Shown here in pieces: positions 47,836 to 56,660 of a stretch of 64,000 nucleotides of DNA (position 1 is its first letter; the number at the start of each line of letters is the position of its first letter). Source of the stretch: a virus. A program made the position numbers and the translations under genes. The notes beneath the pieces were generated by a model. That model was not told where the DNA came from, did not search any database, and saw nothing but the letters and a program-made list of their open reading frames with translations. The stretch lies in IMG/VR virus record IMGVR_UViG_3300025466_000014; one strand, 5' to 3'.

Positions 47836-48485
47836 AGTAAAACTACTCTTCCTTTGTTAATTAGGTGGCCCGCAACAATAAGCCTTCTGGAAACTATGTA
47901 CTGGGAATTAGCTGGTATAGTAAATAGATCTGTTGCGACACCACTTGGTGGAACTAAATTACTTGTGCCTACTTGTGCCGAAGAGCTACTCGAGGACTTT
48001 GCCCACGTAGGCACACCACCTACACTTGTTAGTACGTAACCGTCAGAGCCAATAGGCAATAGGCTTGTTTGGTTTGCCCCAGTTTGATAGGGAATTGAAC
48101 CGGCATTACCGCCACCAAGATTAGATGCTACTGTTGCCCTATTTGAGTTGCTGGAGTTTGAAAGCGCCTGCGTAATGTTTGGATTGCTCCAGACAAAATT
48201 AGTACCGTTCCAACTAAGGTAGGTATTAGGTACCGTAGGCGCTGCGGTAAATCCTGACTGACTACTGTTTATCTGATAAGGGATTTGATTGGCAACACCT
48301 GCAGGAATAGTTGCGCCGCCGCTTGGTGTACCCCAAACAAAATTAGTACCGTTCCAACTAAGGTAGGTATTAGGTACCGTAGGTGCAGCCGCAAATCCCG
48401 TCTGGTCTGTTCCTATTTGAACTGGAATTTGATTAGCGGCACCTCCAGCTATATTTGCCGCCGCTCCGAAAAGTATTGTAGTCAT
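47832..48485 (-). CDS. Short repeat protein made of GGxANQIxxQ modules
   Basis: Three ANQI/AGSIPYQ modules. A 47-nt exact repeat lies at 48193-48239 and 48337-48383. Confidence 0.6.
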   Translation of the reverse strand: MTTILFGAAANIAGGAANQIPVQIGTDQTGFAAAPTVPNTYLSWNGTNFVWGTPSGGATIPAGVANQIPYQINSSQSGFTAAPTVPNTYLSWNGTNFVWSNPNITQALSNSSNSNRATVASNLGGGNAGSIPYQTGANQTSLLPIGSDGYVLTSVGGVPTWAKSSSSSSAQVGTSNLVPPSGVATDLFTIPANSQYIVSRRLIVAGHLINKGRVVLL

Positions 48486-48500
48486 TTATTTACCTTTAAT

Positions 48501-48896
48501 TTACGGCAAATTCCAATAGTAGTTACCAAACAATCTAACAGCAAGGTAGATTGTCCAGGCAGCCAAGTTACCCACACCCTGAGCAACTAAAGCTTCTTTT
48601 AAGACCTTGTCAGCTATTAGGCGATCCGGTACTTGATGATTTCCTGATGCGTCGCGTGAATATAGGAAGTCATGCAAAGTACCAGCTAGATTTCCCCGGT
48701 CACCTAACCAATCAAAAATTAAGGGTACGCGAGGTACGCTTGTAAAGTCGGTAATAAAACCCTTAGGTACTGTGAAGGTATAAGCCACAACATCTGACTG
48801 ATACACTAGGTCTTCTGTAAGTTCCCAAGTACCACGACCTTGCGCAGACACATCCTCAAGTTGTTCGACAAAAAGTTTTGTTTTAAATTCAGCCAT
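48501..48896 (-). CDS. DUF1353 family protein
   Basis: FTVPKGFITDFTSVPR...LHDFLY...R..AD..L.EAL...GV...A..IY.AVRLFG. Confidence 0.8.
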   Translation of the reverse strand: MAEFKTKLFVEQLEDVSAQGRGTWELTEDLVYQSDVVAYTFTVPKGFITDFTSVPRVPLIFDWLGDRGNLAGTLHDFLYSRDASGNHQVPDRLIADKVLKEALVAQGVGNLAAWTIYLAVRLFGNYYWNLP

Positions 48897-48934
48897 TTTT
48901 GATATTCCTTTATCTATTCGATTATTAGGTAAGG

Positions 48935-50620
48935 CTAGTCAGTAAGGTTGTTCATAATTCCAACAATGCCATGGAACTCTCTGTGCATAAACGATTCGTA
49001 ATAACGCACATTTGGATGAAGCGTGTCAAACCCATCGCCAATCATAAAATCGCCATTACCGTGTGTAGTGTTTGCGGTTGTTCCTACATGACCATCCCCA
49101 TTTAGCCAGCGTACACCTGACGCATCAGAAATAGTTGGCAAGAATTTAACGTGCGGGTGATTGTAGTTAGCAATTGCCGTAGCCATATCTGTTTCTACCT
49201 GAACAGCACTTGCAACGTCTGTCGTTAGGTTTGCTCCTGATGTTGCGTAACCTCCGGCGCAAATAATTATCAAATTCGGCAATGAGGCAAGTAACGTGTC
49301 AAAGTATTGTTTATATGCCGCTTGACGTGCCGCTGACGTAAACTGACCTGAATTGCCAACGTCATTATTTATGGGACGCACGTACAAAATATCAGGTGCA
49401 GCGGCAAGTACCCTAGGTATACGAGTAATTAGAGTTGAACCTCCGCCGCTATTTATAAACCCTGTTGAGCCTGTAGAAGAGTCCCACACGTCATCGCAGC
49501 CTAGCATATTTGCAAGACGGTGCGCAGGTTTGTGATACCCATTTGAAGGTTGTCCGCCCTGTGTAGTCGAATCTCCCTCAATATAAAGACGATACCTATT
49601 TGGATTAGACGGTTGCCAAACGCTGTATCTGGGGTCTACGTAGATACCAGTAAAAACTGAACCTCCAATTGGCAACCTAATACGCCTAACTTTACTGGGC
49701 TTGCCTGACCAATCAAGAATATATCCGGAGTTATTACCAGTTCCTGTCGGATACCAAGTGTATCCTGTTCCTGATTTATTCCAAAGAGGCCAACCGTTAA
49801 TCGTTGGTGAGATTACGTATGAGCCTCCGTTTGAAATCACATTCAAAATAAGATTCGGCGCGTCCGTCATAAAATCAACGGAAAAAGAATTTGGATAAGT
49901 AACGGCAGTAATTCCGTTTCCGCCACCGTAACCTACACCATTTATATAGTCGGAACCTGTTATGAACATTGCATTCAAATCAGCAGACCCAACTTGAGGC
50001 GTGTAATGTTTTGTATTTGCAGCAGGTACAGTTCCAAAGCTAAATGTTGGAGTGTCACTTACGTCAGGAGAAAGAACGTCTGTTGTGTACGCTCCCACAT
50101 ACAACCACTGCAATAAATCCGTAGCGGTTGGAATTACTGCACTACCGGTACCTGTGGGAGCGGTAACAGTGGTCACGCCACCTATTGGAAAAGCAACACC
50201 ACTGGAGAGCGTTCCCATAAGTGCGTAAAGATTTCCTGCATTGCTACAAACGTACCCAGCCTGAACTAGCACACCTGCGGCCCACGCAGGAATGGCGGCT
50301 AGTGATTTTTGGCTACGGTAGTTAGCACCGTGAGGCAAAGACGCAAAAAACTTATTGCGTATATTGTGGACGGTAATTTTACGACCACCTGGCCCCAGCA
50401 GCCCCGTCATGTTGTTAAAGGCGTCTGTTACTCCAGTAATTGGGGGATAACTAGACGTGTTGTTCAGGACCCCACCGACATACCTGTTAATTAAACCGCC
50501 ACTGAGGGCGTCTAAAGCAGGCTGAGGACTCGCAAACTGTAGACTCCCGTTGGGAGGTAAAGTGGCAGAACCAACAGCTAGACTACTATTAGTAGAGTTA
50601 ACGTAGACGAAGTTAGACAT
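48935..50620 (-). CDS. SGNH/GDSL hydrolase (esterase) on MSNFVYVN anchor
   Basis: Blocks IEGDSTTQG (Ser), STGSTG, INND and DTLHPN (Asp/His). Confidence 0.8.
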   Translation of the reverse strand: MSNFVYVNSTNSSLAVGSATLPPNGSLQFASPQPALDALSGGLINRYVGGVLNNTSSYPPITGVTDAFNNMTGLLGPGGRKITVHNIRNKFFASLPHGANYRSQKSLAAIPAWAAGVLVQAGYVCSNAGNLYALMGTLSSGVAFPIGGVTTVTAPTGTGSAVIPTATDLLQWLYVGAYTTDVLSPDVSDTPTFSFGTVPAANTKHYTPQVGSADLNAMFITGSDYINGVGYGGGNGITAVTYPNSFSVDFMTDAPNLILNVISNGGSYVISPTINGWPLWNKSGTGYTWYPTGTGNNSGYILDWSGKPSKVRRIRLPIGGSVFTGIYVDPRYSVWQPSNPNRYRLYIEGDSTTQGGQPSNGYHKPAHRLANMLGCDDVWDSSTGSTGFINSGGGSTLITRIPRVLAAAPDILYVRPINNDVGNSGQFTSAARQAAYKQYFDTLLASLPNLIIICAGGYATSGANLTTDVASAVQVETDMATAIANYNHPHVKFLPTISDASGVRWLNGDGHVGTTANTTHGNGDFMIGDGFDTLHPNVRYYESFMHREFHGIVGIMNNLTD

Positions 50621-50640
50621 TTTTAATTCCTTTTAAAAGT

Positions 50641-53600
50641 CTAGTAGACCAAATTTGTATTGCTGATTTGCTTCCAGCTGTTTGCTGCATTGGTTGCGTC
50701 ACAGATGCACAGGTTATTAGCCACAATAGTTCCAGCTGTGGTTGCTCCATTGTGAACAATAGTTGCGCCCGGACTATTACGACTTACTTTTGTCAAATCA
50801 AGTTTTAAGGTGGTATCGCCTTGTTTAATCACATAGCCAGTAACTCCTGGGTCAACGCACAATAAACCTGATGCGAGTATGTTGTTTGACCACCAAATGT
50901 TATGAGCGTTAACGCCTGACCCGTAAACAAAACAGTTGAACCAAGAAGCATTCAGAGTATTATTGGCTATTCTGAGGTTTAGTGGCGAACCTGTTGAAGA
51001 TACGACGTTTTGAACCTTATTAAATGTATTGTTGTAAATGTTAAATTGGGTAGCCGGATTATTGTTGCTGCCTTGAACTGGAATAAGATAGGTAGCTGTA
51101 GTAGCTGCAACACTATCAAAATAACAATTTGTTAGGTTTACTTCTTTAACGCGTGTTCCTGTGCCACCTCCAGCCCAATAGGCAGATATAACACCAGTGC
51201 CTGACGTAACTTGACTGAAGATACAGTTGTCAATGTTAACTTTGTTAACGTACTGACCTGCCGCGTTTGAGTTAGTAGGCAGCAGCAAAGCCCAGTTTCC
51301 GAGAGTGTTATCAATGTCAAATTTACTATTACGAACCGTCAATGTGCCAATTTGGTAAGATTCCCAAACCTGTTCAAAAAATGTTGTTGTTGCTGCTCCA
51401 AAAGTTTTAAGTGGAACTTCAGAAACAAAATTGTCTATTTCTAGTTTGTTGATTTGAACAATTGCCCCGTAATTTGGGATATTTACGTCTTCAAAGGTAA
51501 TAATCGACGCACCGCCCTGTGTACCACCTAGGTACCAATTCTTAATAGTAACGTCATTTATGATTGCTGTTGTACTCGCAGCGTCACCGGAGGCAATACA
51601 GAATTGAGGAGTTGGGCTACTTCCACTTGACTGGTTAAAGTAACTAGGGTATACACCGTCAAACAACACCCCAGTTATGTTATTAAACGGCAGTGCAGAG
51701 TTGGCACCGTCAATCAAGTAGCGAGCATTTTGAAACTGCGGGCGAACGTTGCGAACGGTAAATCCAATCAGCTCTCCTCCACCTAGGGGAACAGTGCCCT
51801 GCCCAACAGTGCCCAGAGTAGCGGTACCTTGCGGGAAGTTTATGACTGCGCCAGCATTACGAGGAAACACGTTAAACGGGTAGGCAGCTTCAGGATCATT
51901 TGAGGTGTGAACCACAAAGTCATCGTTAGTAGAGCCAGTAATACTATCAACAAGAACTCCCCAATTTGGTCCCATAGAGTGGATACCGTCTGAGGTAGTC
52001 TGCAAGTTAATGTCCCTAAATGTTGGCCGCCAAGAATTACAAAACGCGATCGAGTATTTCAAGCCACCAACTAACTTAGTTTGATGGACATAGAGATTTG
52101 CTGTTTTGTTAAAACATAAGATGTGACCCATCCAACTTGCGTCGCTGGTGATACCATTTCCATCAAAAATTCCGCCTTCAATCTCAATATTGTTGTCGCA
52201 TTTAGAAGCAGATAGGATACAGTAGACGTTTGCTGTTCCTGCACCTACGCTAATAGCCGTTCCATTAGGCGTTGCCGACACTTGAAAGGACGTAGTTGAG
52301 AGCGATGACGCAAGTACGTAGTAATTTGTGTTTGCTGTTAATCCTGTAGGTAAAGCACCTGCACCGACGCCAGTAAATTGAACCTGTTGCAGCCCAATAA
52401 AAGAGTTTTGCATCGATATTGTTGTTGTTCCGTTTGTTGTTACAATAGGCTGTGCTATCGCATATCCAAGAACGCTGGGAACTATCGCTGCTCCGTTTAA
52501 GGAGGCAGATATCTGAAAAGTAGTGCGAGTTAGGCCTGTTGCGATTACGTAATAAACTACGCCAGCAGTAATGTTACCTACCGTCTGATTAAAAACAATA
52601 GTCTGTGTATTCACAAAATTATTGTTTCCATTGATAGTTGCCTGTCCTGCGGTTAGGTAAACAGGTATTGTTCCGTTAAGAAGAGGCACACCAACTGAGG
52701 TAGAAAAATATTCTATAGTTACAGTGTTAGATGCCACTGCAAAAACTTTCCAGGCACCACTAAATGCTCGTGAAGTGTCGTTCTTGATAAGAATGTAATC
52801 CCCTACATTCCAATTGTGTGTTCCGATAACACTAAATTGAAGAGCAATCGAACCAATGGATATACTAGAAACTACCTGCGGATTCAAGAGGTAGAATTGC
52901 GGGCTTGCCCAATTTACGTTCCTAAGAACATTGTCCACCCTACCCGGTTCCATGTAAGGACCGCTAGCCCATATGTAGCCGCCGGAAATTGGTGTGGCTG
53001 ATTGATTACTTTGCGTTACTGGCAGCGTGTAATTAAAAGAATTAGTACCGGTTATGGTGCATTGCCATAGACCATTAAAGAAATCTTGACTAAATTGAAC
53101 TCCGCCTACAGCCATAATGTGACTAGAGCCGACAGTTAAACCAATGGCGTTTGTAGTGGTCGCAGTAACCAAAGTACCTACGTTTGACAACGTTACTGTA
53201 CCTAAATTGTTATTATTTGTCGCAGCGGCTAACTGAATGGTAGTATTTTTGCCCAGAATAAATCGGGTGTTGCTTCCGATCAACAAGGCGTAGGGGATTT
53301 GATAAACACCCGGTTGAAGCATTGTTACATTGCCGCCTTTATTCAAAGCAGCTTGAATTGATGCCACATTTACCGCAGCACTAGCATTAGGAGACGCACC
53401 AAAGAAACCTGCGTCAACATATCCAGCAGTTCCATTCGGTCCCACCAGTCCTAAAAGGTTATTGCTGGTATCCGTTACTCCCGTAATTGGAGAATAACTA
53501 GACGTGTTGTTTAGCACTCCACCAACATACCTATTGAGTAAACCCCCACTTAAAGCATCCAGTGCAGGCTGGGGGCTTGTAAACTGTAGACTCCCGTTGG

Positions 53601-53667
53601 GAGGTAAGCTAGCAGATCCAATATCTAGAATGCTGTTAGTAGAGTTAACGTAGACGAAGTTAGACAT
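50641..53667 (-). CDS. Parallel beta-helix depolymerase/tailspike-like protein on MSNFVYVN anchor
   Basis: FFGASPNASAAVNVASIQAALNKGG...PGVYQI pectate-lyase-3-like start; DGIHSMG and NDDFVV beta-helix motifs; inserted repeats of the YYV...TTFQIS type. Confidence 0.7.
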   Translation of the reverse strand: MSNFVYVNSTNSILDIGSASLPPNGSLQFTSPQPALDALSGGLLNRYVGGVLNNTSSYSPITGVTDTSNNLLGLVGPNGTAGYVDAGFFGASPNASAAVNVASIQAALNKGGNVTMLQPGVYQIPYALLIGSNTRFILGKNTTIQLAAATNNNNLGTVTLSNVGTLVTATTTNAIGLTVGSSHIMAVGGVQFSQDFFNGLWQCTITGTNSFNYTLPVTQSNQSATPISGGYIWASGPYMEPGRVDNVLRNVNWASPQFYLLNPQVVSSISIGSIALQFSVIGTHNWNVGDYILIKNDTSRAFSGAWKVFAVASNTVTIEYFSTSVGVPLLNGTIPVYLTAGQATINGNNNFVNTQTIVFNQTVGNITAGVVYYVIATGLTRTTFQISASLNGAAIVPSVLGYAIAQPIVTTNGTTTISMQNSFIGLQQVQFTGVGAGALPTGLTANTNYYVLASSLSTTSFQVSATPNGTAISVGAGTANVYCILSASKCDNNIEIEGGIFDGNGITSDASWMGHILCFNKTANLYVHQTKLVGGLKYSIAFCNSWRPTFRDINLQTTSDGIHSMGPNWGVLVDSITGSTNDDFVVHTSNDPEAAYPFNVFPRNAGAVINFPQGTATLGTVGQGTVPLGGGELIGFTVRNVRPQFQNARYLIDGANSALPFNNITGVLFDGVYPSYFNQSSGSSPTPQFCIASGDAASTTAIINDVTIKNWYLGGTQGGASIITFEDVNIPNYGAIVQINKLEIDNFVSEVPLKTFGAATTTFFEQVWESYQIGTLTVRNSKFDIDNTLGNWALLLPTNSNAAGQYVNKVNIDNCIFSQVTSGTGVISAYWAGGGTGTRVKEVNLTNCYFDSVAATTATYLIPVQGSNNNPATQFNIYNNTFNKVQNVVSSTGSPLNLRIANNTLNASWFNCFVYGSGVNAHNIWWSNNILASGLLCVDPGVTGYVIKQGDTTLKLDLTKVSRNSPGATIVHNGATTAGTIVANNLCICDATNAANSWKQISNTNLVY

Positions 53668-53679
53668 TTTTAATTCCTT

Positions 53680-54036
53680 TTAATTAAGGTTTTTTAGTTT
53701 GTAGAGCGTTGAAAGGAAAACGCCAACAAGCTCATCAACAATATTTTGCAGAGCCGTATCTTTCTCTGATATAGCAGTGTAACGTGTACCTTCTAAAAGA
53801 CCTAGGTGCTCTTCAATAACAACAATAACGTCAGCTTCCTTTGGCGCTTCAAGATACGGAATCTCTACAATACCGTGACGTCCCTGATAAGCCTCAATGA
53901 GCTTGTCGGCCAGCTCTGTTACCTGCTCGTAGTAAGCCTGAAGGGCCATGTGTTGACTGTAACTTTGAGTTTTAAGGTGAGCGCGATGTGCCCAATCACG
54001 AGTTAAAAAGAGCAAAGCAAATAGTTCAGATGCCAT
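53680..54036 (-). CDS. Ferritin/Dps-like four-helix protein (DUF5856-like)
   Basis: AHRAHLKTQSYSQHMALQAYYEQVTELADKLIEAYQGRHG...LQNIVDEL...TLYKLKNL. Confidence 0.7.
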   Translation of the reverse strand: MASELFALLFLTRDWAHRAHLKTQSYSQHMALQAYYEQVTELADKLIEAYQGRHGIVEIPYLEAPKEADVIVVIEEHLGLLEGTRYTAISEKDTALQNIVDELVGVFLSTLYKLKNLN

Positions 54037-54064
54037 AGTTTAATTCCTTTAGAGTTTAAATAAA

Positions 54065-54110
54065 CCTAGTTGTAATTTAATGATTAAATTGAACTATAAA
54101 TACAACTAGG
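54065..54110. promoter_or_regulatory. Divergent promoter region with nested inverted repeats
   Basis: CCTAGTTGTA pairs with TACAACTAGG; inner palindrome AATTTAAT-G-ATTAAATT; TATAAATA at 54095-54102. Confidence 0.55.
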
Positions 54111-54123
54111 AAAATTAAAAATC

Positions 54124-54978
54124 ATGAAAATAACACCTACACGCTCTGGTAAGTCTGAGTTTCTTACAGTCTTTAATAAGGCTATGTCAGAAACTTTGGT
54201 GATGACAAAAAAAGATCCAATGCGTCTTTTTAGACTGCGTTGCTCGCAGATACCTTTCTGCCCCCACAACGCTCTTCTTCAGTATGGCGCCTACGGTATG
54301 CACGAGGCTACTGAGATGATGTCCGCCTATTACTTTGCGGTTGGACACGCGGTGCATAAAGTTGTTCAAGACTATCTGATGCAAAGTGGGCAATTCATTG
54401 CCGACTACCATTGCAATGAATGCGGCAAAAAATACAAGCTAAGCCGTCAAGTTGAGTGCTGCGGATTCTCAACCGCCTACGAAGAAATTGAAGTTTCCTA
54501 CAAGGGCATAATTGGACATATCGACGGCGTATTTGTAGATTCAAAGAAGCGTGTTTGGATTATTGACTACAAAACCTGCACGTTGCTAAACGCAGACTCT
54601 AAAGTTCGTCGACCTAGTCAAGGTTATTCGATGCAAGTTAGGGCCTACGCCTATTTGCTCTGGAAACAATACAAGATAAAAGTCTTTGGCTGTATGCTTG
54701 TTTACCTACCAAGAGACAACCCAGCAGTTCCTAAGATATGGGAACTGCACATGAATGACGACCAGTATAAAAAAGTACGTCAAGCTCTTTTAGAAAATCG
54801 GGCAGTTCATAAGAAAACACTAACCTGTAGCACTCTAGAAGAATATCAAACACTCTTGCCGCACAGATGCGGCGGTGAGTATTGCCGCTACTGCAACAAA
54901 ACAGACGGCCAGTTAAAAACTTTGTTCACAAAATTTATGAAAGCCGGTAGGTACCCAATCAAATCCCCGGAGAGTTAA
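54124..54978 (+). CDS. Cas4-like / RecB-family PD-(D/E)XK exonuclease
   Basis: RCSQIPFCP, GHAVH, GHIDGVF...IIDYKT, QVRAYAYL and C-terminal C...YCRYC cysteine cluster. Extra CNEC...CC finger. Confidence 0.8.
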   Translation: MKITPTRSGKSEFLTVFNKAMSETLVMTKKDPMRLFRLRCSQIPFCPHNALLQYGAYGMHEATEMMSAYYFAVGHAVHKVVQDYLMQSGQFIADYHCNECGKKYKLSRQVECCGFSTAYEEIEVSYKGIIGHIDGVFVDSKKRVWIIDYKTCTLLNADSKVRRPSQGYSMQVRAYAYLLWKQYKIKVFGCMLVYLPRDNPAVPKIWELHMNDDQYKKVRQALLENRAVHKKTLTCSTLEEYQTLLPHRCGGEYCRYCNKTDGQLKTLFTKFMKAGRYPIKSPES

Positions 54979-55197
54979 ATGCGAAAAATAGAAGTTAGTG
55001 TTGCAAGAACCGTTCAGGCTAGACAGTTTGAACCAGTTACTGTAGAGGTTAGAGAAACAATCTCAATTGCAGACGAGGAGGACGCAGAAGAAGCTCGGTT
55101 GAGTCTTTATAAAAAAGTCACGGCAATGGTTAAGAAGGGCATCGACAACGAGCTTCTAAAAGCCTCAAAAGAAAATCGCCCCGAAAGGAAAAGATGA
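54979..55197 (+). CDS. Hypothetical protein
   Basis: 72 aa ORF abutting both neighbours. Confidence 0.55.
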   Translation: MRKIEVSVARTVQARQFEPVTVEVRETISIADEEDAEEARLSLYKKVTAMVKKGIDNELLKASKENRPERKR

Positions 55198-55511
55198 TGA
55201 CAATTGAATCCATTCTCAAAGACATAAAGCCCAAAAGAGAAAAAGAGAAAGTTATACCCATAATGCCGGGTAAGTATCGAATTATCGGAAACGTAAAGAA
55301 CGCTACGCTGAGTGAGGTTAGTTGCGTTGCTGGCGCAGTTATGATAGAGATAGGCAGCGTAGCAGCAGACACAATGATTGTAAATGAGGTTACCCCGATT
55401 TACGAAAACAGTAAGGACGTCTGTCTAACCAAACTTACGCAGCTACGTAAATGGCTGCCTTGTAAAAGCTGTGCTCATAGAGTTTTTATTGAACCCACGG
55501 GTGCTGAATAA
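55194..55511 (+). CDS. Hypothetical protein with C-terminal CxxC
   Basis: 105 aa with ATGA overlap; CKSC motif. Confidence 0.5.
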   Translation: MMTIESILKDIKPKREKEKVIPIMPGKYRIIGNVKNATLSEVSCVAGAVMIEIGSVAADTMIVNEVTPIYENSKDVCLTKLTQLRKWLPCKSCAHRVFIEPTGAE

Positions 55512-55550
55512 AATCAAAACGTTAAATACGTTAATTAACTTAAAGATACT

Positions 55551-56660
55551 ATGGCACAAGAATCTACCACCCTTCACACAAAATATCGCCCAGAGACATT
55601 AGAAGACGTAATTGGGCATGAGGTTGCGGTTACTCGCCTAAGGGGTATGCTTAAAACAGGAAAAATACCTGGAGCATTTCTCTTCACAGGCCCGCCTTCA
55701 GTTGGCAAAACTACTCTTGCACGAGCTTTGGCTGCCGCAATTAACGGCAAGCCAGTAAGTCAGCAGCAAGCAGACTACCGAGAGCTAAACGCGGGCGACC
55801 AACGAGGCATTGAGGACATGCGAGAACTAGTTCGCATATCTAAGTTTCGACCTTCTGGTAAAAAGAAAATATTTGTTATTGACGAGGCCCAAGCCCTCTT
55901 AACAAATAATGTTGCGGCCACGGCGATTTTGAAGCCTTTGGAAGATGCAGGTACAACAGATACAATCTGGATTCTGTGCTCTATGGACCCCTCAAAGTTT
56001 GCGTCCGCAACAACAGGCAAGGCAATTGCTAAACGTTGTACGCAAATTGTTCTTGAGCCGCATCCTAACTCTGTTCTGCTAAAACAAGGCCTCAAAATCG
56101 CTAAGGGCGAGAAGATGAGTTATCTGGAGAAAGACCTTCTAAAGGAAATTGTTAAGGCTTCTGACCAAGACATGCGGACACTTGCTAACCTAATCGGCGG
56201 TGTTAGAGACTACTGGGAAGGCTTGAAAGACAAAGAAGAGCTAACGGCTGAGGCTATTGCTGACGTTATTAAGTCTACTGAGAATTCAGATGACAAGCTT
56301 GTGGTTTCTGTTCTATCTGGCGTTTTTCTTTTGAAATACACGCAGGTACAACGTGCTCTAATGGATGTACAGGACGGCTTCGGTTTCTTGAAAAAGCTTT
56401 CCTGGACGGCCGAAGCTTTGCTAAACAACGCTGTTCTAAACGGTGAACGACATCCTAAGGTCTGGCTATCCCAAATGGCAAGAGATGTGCAGAATCTTCT
56501 TAAAGCTCAGAAGATTACTCTTGGCGAGTACGCTGCGGTTAACGAGGCTCTAGTTAGCTGTGCCCTTTCTGCTAATGCTTTTGCGGTAACGGAAACACAA
56601 TTACTTTCCGCAAGGCTGTATCGGTTAATTAAAGACTTAAACGCTGGAAGGAATAAGTAA
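55551..56660 (+). CDS. dnaX: DNA polymerase III gamma/tau-like clamp loader ATPase
   Basis: LHTKYRPETLEDVIGHE, FTGPPSVGKTT (Walker A), IDEAQ (Walker B), LKPLE, RC, DMR. Confidence 0.9.
   Translation: MAQESTTLHTKYRPETLEDVIGHEVAVTRLRGMLKTGKIPGAFLFTGPPSVGKTTLARALAAAINGKPVSQQQADYRELNAGDQRGIEDMRELVRISKFRPSGKKKIFVIDEAQALLTNNVAATAILKPLEDAGTTDTIWILCSMDPSKFASATTGKAIAKRCTQIVLEPHPNSVLLKQGLKIAKGEKMSYLEKDLLKEIVKASDQDMRTLANLIGGVRDYWEGLKDKEELTAEAIADVIKSTENSDDKLVVSVLSGVFLLKYTQVQRALMDVQDGFGFLKKLSWTAEALLNNAVLNGERHPKVWLSQMARDVQNLLKAQKITLGEYAAVNEALVSCALSANAFAVTETQLLSARLYRLIKDLNAGRNK

Noticed and set aside
44116-48896. Shared MAEFKT start of the TIGR03790-like and DUF1353 genes
   Set aside because: Similarity ends after six residues and the codons differ; likely coincidence or translation-initiation bias.
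24204-53667. DGR or invertase shufflon driving fibre variation
   Set aside because: No reverse transcriptase, no TR/VR pair with A-specific mismatches, no recombinase and no inverted cassettes in the window.
55551-56660. dnaX-type tau/gamma frameshift
   Set aside because: The gene ends at gamma length and is followed directly by the dNMP kinase start. No AAAAAAG site or tau extension was seen.
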